From Eledone cirrhosa (lineage: Eukaryota): 64,000 nucleotides of DNA. The stretch spans positions 23,746,001 through 23,810,000 of the forward strand of contig OZ024741.1 in NCBI GenBank assembly GCA_964016885.1. The letters run 5' to 3'. A program made the translations under genes and the position numbers. The notes beneath the pieces are model-generated. The model did no database searches. It had not been told where the DNA came from and saw only the letters and a list, made by a program, of their open reading frames with translations. Each line of letters starts with the position of its first letter. Position 1 is the first letter of the stretch. Shown in pieces: positions 12,401 through 26,700 of the stretch.

Positions 12401-13686
12401 TATTGTGTTTTAACAGTAATAGCTTTCATCATCATCATCACTCACACAATTACCTCACATAATACCAAAGCTATTGAGAACAATACCTTAATGTCAGTCT
12501 GAGCAGTCACTTACAGCTAGTTTGAACAGAAAGAGGTGAGAGAATTCTGGCCAGATACAGCCAGTTTAAGTGCTAAAGGGTTAAAGGTGTAGAATATTCA
12601 ACCATTTACACATTAATTCATAAAATTGGGAGATTTAGACAGATTTTCATGGTTGGATACAACTGATATCTTTGCAGCTCCACCTCTCTCATATATATAT
12701 ATATATACTAGCAGCAGTACCCAGCATTGCCTGGGTAGGTAAAATAATATCTGCTTTGAGGAAAAAGTGTTGATCTTAGCGACTGCTTCTCGATGACTCA
12801 TCTATGGCCACACACAGGCCTTGTGGGAGAGGTGGTTATGACCTCTATCACTGAGAAACGCGGGTGACTGACGAAGGGGCATGCTGGGGGAGGGAGTTTT
12901 GAATTTGAATGAAATCGGTTGAAAAATATGGGAGCTAGAGCCGAAAAGGCGGAAATTTGAGCGAAAAGGTGGTATTTTTGAATATTTAAGCGGCTGCCAC
13001 GCCGTCCCTGAACAAAATATCCAAAATGTAAAGCCACTTTAAGATATGAAATAATCAGATCTAGTATGTTGATTAATGTGGGATCTAGAGCCGAAAAAGT
13101 GGAAATTTGAGTCTAAAAGTGGTATTTTTGAATATTTAAGCAGCTGCCACGCCGTCCCTGAACAACAAATGCAAAATATAAAGCCATTACAGGAGGTGCA
13201 ACGATAAATTCTATTTTGCTTTAAAATTTGAACAAAATCGGTGGCAAAATGTGCTAGAGCCAAAAATCTTATTTTTCGTTACTTAAAAAAAGGTGACGCC
13301 CCTATCGATTTTTATCTGCAGAATGACCCCAGAATAAAAAAAAACGATACGCTGATATATAGAAAACACTTCCCGATGACTAATCTATGAGCCTGTAAAG
13401 TTTCATGAAAATCGGTCGTAAGATGTAGGCCCCTATAGGTAATACACAGACACACAGACACCTACACACACATACTTAATTTTATATATATACAGATATA
13501 CACACACACGTGTTGTAACATAACTAGAACCACCGACAAGGAAGAATATATGTTTGTGTATGTGTGTATAATAAGGTCTGTAAAGTGAAATGTTATTTAT
13601 CGTCGATTACAACTGTTATGATGCCTTCATTGGTTTCCTTATTCTTCCTCGTCGGCGGTTCGAGTTATATTGCGACATACACACAG

Positions 13687-13732
<46 letters not shown>

Positions 13733-13829
13733 GTGTATGTATATATGTGTATGTATATATATATGTGTATATATATATGTGTATGTATATATGTATATAT
13801 ATGTGTATGTATATATGTATATATATGTA

Positions 13830-13912
<83 letters not shown>

Positions 13913-13921
13913 GTGTATGTA

Positions 13922-13960
<39 letters not shown>

Positions 13961-16900
13961 ATGTATATATATGTGTATGTATATATGTATATATATATAT
14001 ATGTATATATTATATGATTGTTCCCAATTGTGAGGTTGTGAGTTTGAATCCCAGATCGGGTGGTGCATTGTGTCCTTGAGCATGTTGCTCCAGGTCACTC
14101 AGCTGTAGAAATGAGTTACGTCACTGGTGTCAAGCTTGGACAACATAACTGGCGTGGAGAGGGGAGACTGGTATGCATGAGTCACTGCTGGGTCTTCCAC
14201 AAACATACCTTAACCCAGGCTTGTGCCTTGGAAGGGAACTTTCTAGATGAAAACCATGGTCATTTATGACCAAGGCAGGCCTATGATACAATATATATAT
14301 ATAGTAATAATGTCAACTCTGGATGTCGGTGAGCATGTCCAGCTAACCTCAGTCTCCTCTGTGTCACTTTTGAGCTGACTTTTGGGAGGCTCCCATACAG
14401 CTCTGAGTTTTTCATCCTCAGTGTATACCGACATCCAGAGTTGACATTGCACTCAGTGCTCCTGTGGGAGCCCCTACATGGACACAGTGGAAGAGGAAGA
14501 CCAAGGTTAATGTATGTTGATGCCCTAAGGACAGACACTGGTCTGTTGGAAACGCAGGACATGGCAGCGATAATGAGGGACAGAGACTGCTGGAGAGAAC
14601 TCGTCCATGGATCTCAGGAATTTTACCCGCCCTAGAATAGTAATAATAATAAATGTGAAGACTAAAATCCAAAGAGGGCTCGATATGGATAAATATATAT
14701 CAAATATATAAGAACCCTAGAGCAAATATTTATTAAAATAACAGATTAAAGTTTAAGCAAAGAACCATATATAGATAGAGGCACATGGCTTAGGGGTTAG
14801 AGCATTGGCTTTGCAATCGAAAGGTTGTGAGTTCAATTCTCAGACTGGGTGATGTGTTGTTTCTTTGAGCAAGACACTTTATTTCACATTGCTCCAGTTT
14901 ACTCAGCTGTAGAAATGAGATGATAGGGACTGGGGTCCCTATCATTCCACTGCAAAGTGAACGGGGAGGTGCCACGGAAAAAAAAGCACCCAGCACTCAC
15001 TGTAAATGAGGTTGGTGTTAGGAAGGGCATCCAGCTGTAGAAACCAAGCCAGAATCAGTTCCCGTCCCACCCTTGCAAGCAGGGAAAAGTGGACGTAAAA
15101 TGAAATGATGATGATATATATACAGAGAGAGAAAGAGAGAGAGAAGTTGTAGATATTGTGTGAAGCAACAGAAGTAAAATGTCTTGTAAACCAAAATATT
15201 GATTTTAAAAATGAAGAGAAGTATTTTTCAATATTTTAATTAAAAAATTCTTTTTTTTAGTATTTAGGATGTTTGGAAGTAAAAGAATCTATGAGGACTT
15301 TAGACTTTGAAACGAGGACAAATCTAGCAAGGTAACTCAACTATATATTTCACTCTTCCATCAGATTTAAATTGAAATTATTACCACTACCATCACCACC
15401 ACCAACACCACCACCACCACCACCACTACCACCAATACCACCACCACCATCATCACCCCCACCACTACCATCACCGACACAACTACCACCAACACGACTA
15501 CCACCAACACCAACATCATCACCACCACCAACACCACCATCACCACCACCACCACCACTACCACCACCACCATCACCACCCCCACCACTACCATCACCGA
15601 CACAACTACCACCAACATGACTACCACCAACACCACCACCAACACCAACATCATCACCAACACCAACAATACCACCACCACCAACACCACCACCAACACT
15701 ACTAACACTACCACCAACACCACCACCAACAGAACCACCAACACCACCACGAACACCACTAACACCACCACCACCAACAACAACAACAACACCAACACCA
15801 ACACCACCACCGCCACCAACACCGCCACCAACACCATCACCAACACCACCACCAACATTACTACCAACACCACCAACACCACCAACATTACCACCAACAC
15901 CACCACCAACACCACCACCACCACCACCAGCAACACCAACACCAACACCACCACCAACACCACCACCAATACCATCACCACCACCACCGCCACCAACACC
16001 GCCACCAACACCAACACCATCACCAACACCACCACCAACACCACCACCACCACCAACACCACCACCACCAACACCAACACCACCACCACCAACACCACCA
16101 ACACCACCACCAACACCAACACCACCAACATTACCACCAACACCACCACCACCACCACCAACACTACCACTAACACCACCACCAGCAACACCACCGACAC
16201 TACCAGCAACACCACCAACACTACCACTAACACCACCATCAATTTTCATACAAGCACCCACTGTCACAGCCCCCACCCTATTCACCATCTTCTGGTTTGC
16301 TGAGTGACAGACATGGCCTAACCCCCCCCCCCCCTATTACTTCTCACAGTTACCCTGTTACATCATGTTATATGTTGACTTTGCCTTTCATCCTTACGGG
16401 GTCGATAAAATAAAGTACCACTAATGCACTGGGTAATTGCTGGCCTTGTGCCTAAAGTAGAAACAGTTATATGTTATATGTATGTATTATATATGCATGC
16501 GGATGTATTATACATAGGCATATATACACACATGAGTGTGTATATATGTATAATATCTATATTATATATGTTATGTTATATATGTACATATTTTGTTATA
16601 CCTCTGCATGTGTGTTAATGTATATATTGTATATGTATGTTGCATATTATGTATTATGTGTTTATATACATATGTGGTATATATATATCGTATATACACC
16701 TATCCAAAACATCACTATGAGCAAAGTATGGCATGGTCAACAGGCCAGATCTTCATAATGGGACCACCCAGTTCCATACTGTAAACATGGTTGGTATGAG
16801 GAAGGGCATCCAGCTGTAAAAACTCAGCCTAAACATGGCCCCACCATGAGCAGGGCATGGCGTGGCCAACTGGCCAGAACTTCTTCATAATGGGACCACC

Positions 16901-19900
16901 CAGCTCCCAAAATATAGTTCCGCTGTGAGCAGGTTAGGGCACAGCCAACTGGCCAGACCCTCCTCATAATGGTGTTACTCAGCCTCATTCTGTAAATGTG
17001 GTTGGTGTTAGGAAGGGCATTCAGCAGCCATAAAAACCCAGCCGATACATAGTCCTGATATGTGCAAGGTATGGTGCAACCATCAGGCCAGACTTGTCTC
17101 ATAACAGGACCACCCAGTTCCACATTGTAAATGTGGTTGGTGTTAGGAAGAGTGTCCAGATGTAAAAAAAAACAGCCAAAATACAATTCCGTTTGAACAA
17201 GTTGTGGCATGGCCAACTGGCCAGACTTGTCACATAACATGGATGACTTGTCTAACCCATGTAAGCATGGAAAAATAGACATTAAACTGTGGTGATGATG
17301 ATGATGATGTTTACATACATTTACAAACACAGTCATAGAAAAAAAACCACACACACACTCGCACACACAATTTTCCATTTGGTATAAATATCTCAGCAAA
17401 ACAAAATGTTTTAGATATTACATTTCCTAAGTAAGTCATTATCCATTTTGTAAAAATGTAATTTCATTGTTATTACTATATATTATTATTGAAACCCTTG
17501 TGGTTAATAAAGAAAGCATTGTTATTACTATATTATTGTGGTTCTTATTCACATTATTATTATTCATTTTCTACTGGAATTTTCTGCAACAGAGAAGCCA
17601 TTAACCGCATCACAGAAGCAGCTGGGTTGAAGTTTTTGGACAAAAAAAAGAAAGTAGGTTTTTCCCATCTAATTTTGTAATTGTTTTTTTTGTTGTTTTT
17701 TTTTTTTTCTATTATCTTTTGTTCAGAATACTTCCTTGAAATGATATATGTGGTGAAACAAATGTTATATATGGTAGAAAATAAACTATATATATGGTTG
17801 AAAATAAATTATATATCTGGTAGAAAATAAATTATATATATGGTAGAAAATAAATTATATATATAGGAGAAAATAAACTCTATATATGGGAGAAAATAAA
17901 CTCTATATATTTTATAAAATAAATTATATATATGGGAGAAAATAAATTATATATATGGGAGAAAATAAATTATATATATGGGAGAAAATAATCTATATAT
18001 CTGGTAGAAAATAAATTATATATATGGTAGAAAATAAACTATATATATGGTAGAAAATAAATTATATATATATATATAGTAGAAAATAAATTATATATAT
18101 GGGAGAAAATAAATTATATATATATGGGAGAAAATAAATTATATATATATGGGAGAAAATAAATTATATATATATGGGAGAAAATAAATTATATATATAT
18201 GGTAGAAAATAAATTATATATATGGGAGAAAATAAACTCTATATATATGGTAGAAAATAAACTATATATATGGTAGAAAATAAATTATATATATGGTAGA
18301 AAATAAATTATATATATATGGTCCAAAATAAATTATATATATGGGAGAAAATAAACTCTATATATATGGTAGAAAATAAATTATATATATGGTAGAAAAT
18401 AAACTATATATATGGCAGAAAATAAGTTATATATATGGTAGAAAATAAATTATATATATGGTAGAAAATAAACTATATATATGGTAGAAAATAAACTCTA
18501 TATATATGGTAGAAAATAAATTATATATATATGGTAGAAAATAAATTATATATATGGTAGAAAATAAATTATATATATATGGGAGAAAATAAATTATATA
18601 TATATGATTGAAAAGAAATTATATATATGGGAGAAAACAAATTATATATATATGGTAGAAAATAAATTATACATATGGTAGAAAATAAATTATATATATG
18701 GGAGAAAATAAACTATATATATGGGAGAAAATAATAAATTATATATATATGGTAGAAAATAAATTATATATATATGGGAGAAAATAAATTATATATATAT
18801 GGTAGAAAATAAATTATATATATGGTAGAAAATAAATTATATATATGGTAGAAAATAAACTATATATATGGTAGAATTTTTTTTATATATATGGGAGAAA
18901 ATAAATTATATATATATGGTAGAAAATAAATTATATATATGGTAGAGAATAAATTATATATATGGTAGAAAATAAATTATATATATGGTAGAAAATAAAT
19001 TATATATATGGTAGAAAATAAATTATATATATGGGAGAAAATAAACTATATATATATGGTAGAAAATAAACTATATATATATGGTAGAAAATAAATTATA
19101 TATATGGTTGGAAATAAATTATATATCTGGTAGAAAATAAATTATATATATGGTAGAAAATAAATTATATATATAGGAGAAAATAAACTCTATATATGGG
19201 AGAAAATAAATTATATATATGGAAGAAAATAAATTATATATATATGGGAGAAAATAATCTATATATCTGGTAGAAAATAAATTATATATATGGTAGAAAA
19301 TAAACTATATATATGGTAGAAAATAAATTATATATATATAGTAGAAAATAAATTATATATATGGGAGAAAATAAATTATATATATATGGGAGAAAATAAA
19401 TTATATATATATGGTAGAAAATAAATTATATATATGGGAGAAAATAAACTCTATATATATGGTAGAAAATAAACTATATATATGGTAGAAAATAAATTAT
19501 ATATATGGGAGAAAATAAATTATATATATATGGTACAAAATAAATTATATATATGGGAGAAAATAAACTCTATATATATGGTAGAAAATAAATTATATTT
19601 ATGGTAGAAAATAAACTATATATATGGTAGCAAATAAATTATATATATGGTAGAAAACAAACTCTATATATGGTAGAAAATAAACTATATATATGGTAGA
19701 AAATAAATTCTATATATGGTAGAAAATAAACTATATATATGGTAGAAAATAAACTCTATATATATGGTAGAAAATAAATTATATATATATGGGAGAAAAT
19801 AAATTATATATATGGTAGAAAATAAATTATATATATGGGAGAAAATAAATTATATATATATGGGAGAAAATAAATTATATATATGGTAGAAAATAAATTA

Positions 19901-22900
19901 TATATATGGTAGAAAATAAACTATATATATGGTAGAAAATAAATTATATATATGGTAGAAAATAAATTATATATATATGATTAATAAATCAAAAATACTA
20001 GCTCTTTCAATTGCGCAGAGGGTTCTATAGAAATAGTGGACAGCTTCCGTTACCTGGGCGATAAAATCAGCAGTGGGGGAGGGTGCTCTGAAAGTACTGT
20101 AGCTAGAGTCAGAACTGGTTGGAAAAAGTTCAGAGAGCTTATACCACTATTAGCTGCTAAAGGGTTCTCCCTAAAAATGAAAGGCAGGTTGTACGATGCC
20201 TGCATACGAACAGCAATGTTGCATGGTAGTGAGACCTGGGCATTGTGTGCAGAGGATATACGCAGACTAGAGAGGAACGAAGCTTGCATGCTCCGCTGGA
20301 TGTGTAACAGTAATATACGTGAACGGCAAAGCATAAACGAACTAAGGAAAAAATTAGAGATAAGAGGGATCAGATGTTGTTTACTCGAGAGAAGGCTGCG
20401 TTGGTATGGACACGTGATGCGCATGAAAGTCGATAGCTGTATTACAAAGTGCAGGGCAATAAAGATAGACGGTAGCCACGGAATAGGCAGACCTAGAAAA
20501 ACATGGGATGAGCTGATAAACTCCGACCTCACACACTTACACCTCTCCAAGACAATGTCACTGGACCGTGACCTTTGGCGGTACTCAGTAACAGAGAAGA
20601 CCCGCCTTGCCAGTAGGCATATCTAACAAAATACACCCCTCCCGCCGCCACCCCCACCCCATCCACGCCACCCCGTTCTATGTAAAGTTATGTTGGTGCC
20701 GCGCCATCCAGGCCGAAACAAATGAGATCGTGTAGGTGTCACGACAAAAAAACACACAGTCCACGCTGTAATGTGGCCGTGTAGGCAACACGGTAAAAAC
20801 CTCCCAGACCCACACTGTAAATGTGGTTGGTGTTAGGAAGGGCATCCAACTGTAGAAAACCTGCCAGACAGTCCTATGCGAGCAAGACAATCACTCTTGC
20901 CTCAAGTGGGACTACCCCCGTCCAAACCCATGCAAGCGTGGAACACGGACGTTAAACGTTGATGATGATGATGATGATGATGATTGAAAAGAAATTATAT
21001 ATATGGGAGAAAATAAATTATATATATATGGTAGAAAATAAATTATACATATGGTAGAAAATAAATTATATATATGGGAGAAAATAAACTATATATATGG
21101 TAGAAAATAAATTATATATATATGGTAGAAAATATATTATATATATATGGGAGAAAATAAATTATATATATATGGCAGAAAATAAATTATATATATGGTA
21201 GAAAATAAATTATATATATGGTAGAAAATAAACTATATATATGGTAGAAAATAAATTATATATATGGTAGAAAATAAATTATATATATGGGAGAAAATAA
21301 ATTATATATATATGGGAGAAAATAAATTATGTATATATGATTGAAAAGAAATGATATATATGGGAGAAAATAAATTATATATATATGGTAGAAAATAAAT
21401 TATATATATGGTAGAAAATAAATTATATATATGGGAGAAAATGAACTATATATATGGTAGAAAATAAATTATATATATATATGGTAGAAAATATATTATA
21501 TATATATGGGAGAAAATATATTATATATATATGGGAGAAAATATATTATATATATATGGGAGAAAATAAATTATATATATATGGTAGAAAATAAATTATA
21601 TATATGGGAGAAAATAAATTAAATATATGGTAGAAAATAAATTATATATATGGGAGAAAATAAATTATATATATGGTAGAAAATAAATTATATATATGGT
21701 AGAAAATAAATTATATATATGGTAGAAAATAAATTATATATATGGGAGAAAATAAATTATATATATGGTAGAAAATAAATTATATATATGGTAGAAAATA
21801 AATTATATATATGGTAGAAAATAAATTATATATATGGGAGAAAATAAATTATATATATGGTAGAAAATAAACTATATATATGGTAGAAAATAAATTATAT
21901 ATATGGTAGAAAATAAACTATATATATGGTAGAAAATAAACTATATATATATGGTAGAAAATAAATTATATATATGGTAGAAAATAAACTATATATATGG
22001 TAGAAAAACTATATATATGGTAGAAAATAAATTATATATATGGTAGAAAATAAATTATATATATGGTAGAAAATAAATTATATATATGGGAGAAAATAAA
22101 TTATATATATGGGAGAAAATAAACTATATATATGGTAGAAAATAAATTATATATATGGTAGAAAATAAACTATATATATGGGAGAAAATAAACTATATAT
22201 ATGGTAGAAAATAAATTATATATATGGTAGAAAATAAACTATATATATGGTAGAAAATTAACTCTATATATGGGACAAAATAAAATCTATATATGGTAGA
22301 AAATAAATGTCTTATACATAGTGAAAAACAAATGGCATCATCATTGTCATTTTAATGTCCACTTTCCCTGCTAGCAAGAGTTGGACAGGTCTATATAGAT
22401 CAAGTCAGTACTGAAGTGGCCAGGAATCTGTGTCTCACCTATGTACAGTCTCACGTTCTGTCAAGTGCTCAAGAGAACTTGACATGACTGGAAGGTCCTT
22501 CTGACCCTTTTTCTGGCAAGTTTTCTATGGCTGGATGCCCTTCCTATCACCAACCACTTTACAGTGTGTACTGGGTGCGTTTGTTGTGTAAATTACCAAC
22601 AGTATATGGTAAAAAGTAAATGATATATGTATATGAAGGTGCATGGCTTAGTGGTTAGAGCATTGGGCTTGCAATTGAAAGGTTGTGAGTTCAATTCTCA
22701 GACCGGGTGATGTGTTGTTTCCTTGAGCAAGACACTTTATATCAAATTGCTCCAGTTTACTCAGCTGTAGAAATGAAATGATAGGACTGGGGTCCCTATC
22801 ATTCACTGCAAAGTGGTTGTGGAGGTGCCACGGTAAAAAATCACCCAGCCCACACTGTAAAGTGGACGGAAAAAATGACCCAGCACTCACTGTAAATGAG

Positions 22901-23233
22901 ATTGGTGTTAGGAAGGACATCCAGCTGTAGAAATCAAGCCAGCATCAGTTCCCGTATGAACAAGACAAGGTAAGCCAACCGGACACTGCCCACAACAGGA
23001 CAACCCGTCTAACCCATGCTAGCGTGGAAGAACAGATGTAAAATGGTGATGATGATGATGCATATGGTAAATAAATATATTACCAGACAACCCATGAGAA
23101 CAAAGATTCTGTTGTTTCTATACATGAAAACTGTATTGTGAGACTACTAAATGTTTTAAAATAAAAAATGATGACTTCACATTATTTCATTGTTACATAG
23201 TTTGTAGCAGCAATTATTAGTGGCATTGTGACA

Positions 23234-23274
<41 letters not shown>

Positions 23275-23760
23275 TGGCCAATGATAACAGCACAGACAGA
23301 ATAGAGTAAGTATAACCCCAGAGGTTAGTGAAGGAGATACGCTGAAAAAGAGCCATTCCAAATTAGGGGCCTCATTCCTGTGGGTGGTCAACTTCACCTT
23401 GGTAGTAGTAGTGAGTAGGTTCAGTGACCTACAATGTTGACCCCCCCCCCCCTTCATTACTATAGGTACATACCCACAATTCACCCCACACACACACTAA
23501 AAACACTGCCTCAAAAAAGACTCTATATTGAGTATGAAACTTGTCATGAAGTCTGCAAAGATAATCCCTGCTTTATGTACAATTGCTTAATAAAGTCTTT
23601 TATTTTGATGTTTTCAGTCAGACAAAAAAGTCCTTCGTATCCTCGGAGGTTACGCTAATCTGAGGTTTTCAGGATCAAATATTACTCTCACAATCACAAC
23701 AGAAGCTCTTAAACTTGTCATCATGGAAAATGGAAAGGTATGGATATTATCATCATCACT

Positions 23761-23791
<31 letters not shown>

Positions 23792-26700
23792 AGTTGTTTC
23801 TAGTTTTAGCACAAGGCCAAAGTAATAATAATAAATGTGAAGACTAAAATCTAAAGAGGGCTCGATAAGGTTAAATATATATCAAATATATAAGAACCGT
23901 AGAGCAAATATTTATTAAAATAACAGATTAAAGTTTAAGGGTGAAAGCAGCGAGTCTTTGCTTAAACTTTAATCTGTTATTTTAATATATATATATATCA
24001 ACTATCACTGTGTATGTCTGTTTTAGAATCAGTACACTGTATCCCTGCATGTTATAGGAAGCAACCAAAAGTGTTGGCATCAGGGAGGCCATCTGGTTAT
24101 AAAATACTGCCTGAAAAAGGACCGCATGATGTGTATCAAGTCTGCTATGGGGCCTGCAAGGCCTTTAAAATGTTTGTTGTTGCTGTATCCTTGAAGTTAA
24201 ACTCTTTAAAAAAACTTTGTTTGTTTGTTTGTTTGTTCTATTGATATATTTCTTGTATTTCCATTTGTTTATTTCAGACAATTGCTAATCATGATATGGC
24301 CTCAGTCTCATTTGCATCCGGAGGAGATGTTGTAAGTTTTTAGTCATTTCATTTTTACATTCTCTTTAACCCTTAATTACCAACCCAGCCAAAACTAGCT
24401 CTGGTTCTAAGAAATAAAACCACCCATTTTAAAGGTTTCCAATTTAAATTATAATCTTCCAACATAATTTTATATAAGAACCTTACTTTAATTTATTATC
24501 TTAGTAATGAAATAATTAATAATTTTAGTAAATCACTCAAAATTCTTCATTAATTAGTTAAAATAGAGTGTATTTCATTAGAAATGCAGTCATGAAAGGG
24601 TTAAGTAGTTGTTAACTTCATGTTTCAATTTGTTGTTGCTTCAATATCCTGTTGGACAGGATGGAGAATATATTATCCTGAAGGACTGTAAGGAAGATAG
24701 ATTAAAAGAGCCAGCCTACATTGTAGGGCCCATTCTTGTTAAAGCCATCTAAAGCCATCTAAATATCAGTATGTAGGGAGATGGTTTAGAGAAAAAAAAA
24801 CTGAATAGTTTCAGGTTGAATGGCTTTAACATAACTCTGCTCAATGTCGACATATTTTCATCATGTGACCACTGTGATTTCAAATATGGTAGCCAAAGTA
24901 ACGTTTCACTAAACAGCTCTTCTTCTTTACTTCTCCAATACTCTATAGCAGAGCTAAACTCTTCTTTCTATAATATTGTCTGATACTTTAGTAGTTTATT
25001 GTATAATCTTTCTTTCACAAACATTGAATTATCATATACTTATTAAATAATATATATATAAATAACATTACAAATTGCTCACAATTCTTACAGATATAAT
25101 ATCGTTGATAAACACAAATATAAACACATATAACAAATACAATTAACCATTGCTAGGAACCTCACAAAAACAACGCACCAAAATATATGACCGTAGATAA
25201 ATATTTGAGGCTTTAAAATTAAAATCTTCATCTGACCTCTTCTGTATGAAAGTATATGTGTTGTCATGTCTACATTTTCAGTTCTTATTTCTTTTTAATC
25301 TCATTTAAAGGAAACCAAAGATTTTGTGGCGTATGTGGCCAAAGATTCTGTCAATGGCCGAGCATGTTATGTATTAGAGTGTGGGGGAGGACTGGCTGAA
25401 AATGTTATAACTACGATTGGTCAAGCATTTGAACTGAGATTTAAAGAATACCTTAGGAAACAACCCAAACCAACAACATTAACTGAATGGTAAGATTTCA
25501 TATCTAATTTTTATTTATTTTATTGTTATTGATATCTATAAAATTTAATTTATATTTTATTTTCCTAAGTTCACAGTCGTATAAATAACATTACAAATTG
25601 TTTGTAGTTCTTACAGAATGAAAATATAAACATAGATATAGACACATATAATAAATACAATTAATTATTGCTAGGAACCTCTCAGATATAACGTGTCAAA
25701 ATATATGATCAAAGCAAGAGAAAAAGAAGAGGAAAGAAGAAAAGAAAACAAAAAAATCAACAACCATCAATACACCACCAAGTGCAACAATCGGTCACAC
25801 ACCACCACATTGGTAGTCAGAGATGCCAAAGATTTGGTTTTTGAACTAAATGAAGGGACCCCAAACTAGTCAATATGTCCACCTCCCCTCAGGAGTCAGT
25901 GGTACTACTCAGGATGTCAATTAAACTGACATTTGTGTAAGAAATGAAAATACACAAAATATTACTATAAAATACAACTTCTACATGTTTCTAATTAATA
26001 TATAATTAGTTTGAGGGCAGTTGATTGGCATAATCGGTAGAGCATCAGACAACATATTTAAGGCATAGGGTTACGGCCCTTTATGATCTGAGTTCAAATC
26101 CTGCTAAGGTTAACTTTGCCTTTCATCCTTACGGGATTGATAAAATAAAGTACCAGTAACGCACTGGGCTCGATATAATCGACTTTTGCCAATATATAAT
26201 TTATCTTCGGCAGTATCGGTATAGGGTCAGACGCCATGCTTTGACGCATAGAGTTACGGCCGTTGCCATTCTGAGTTCAAATCCCGCCAAGGTTAACTTT
26301 GCCTTTCATCCTTACGGGGTCGATAAAATAAAGTACCAGTAATACACTGGGTAATTGCTGGCCTTGTGCCAAAAGTAGAAACAATTATTTATTTTTTTAG
26401 TTCAAATCCCGCCGAGGTTAACTTTGCCTTTCATCCTTACGGGGTCGATAAAATAAATTACCAGTAATGCACTGGGATAATTGCTGGCCTTGTGCCAAAA
26501 GTAAAAACAATTATTTATTTTATATTCTATTTACTAATTTATTTATTTACTTATCTTATTTTTTACATGCTTAGGGCCAATGAAGGATTAAGGATTTCAT
26601 GAAGAAGTCGATGGTCTAAAGTTTTTAGGGGTCCCTGAGCTAAATGGTGATATTTTATAGTACATCACTGGCCCTGAAGACACCTGATTTTTAATTCTTT

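Noticed and set aside
13564-14098. YI/CV-repeat ORFs (also 16424-16784, 30251-30692)
   Set aside because: Translations of TA/TG/CA microsatellites.
14779-14860. tRNA gene (also the SINE heads at 3308, 22637, 59143)
   Set aside because: A/B boxes are followed by SINE body and tail in multiple copies; no complete cloverleaf is evident.
15350-16303. Gly-rich, Val-rich, Thr/Asn-rich and Pro-rich ORFs
   Set aside because: These are frames of a (CCA/CAA)n low-complexity repeat just inside intron 2.
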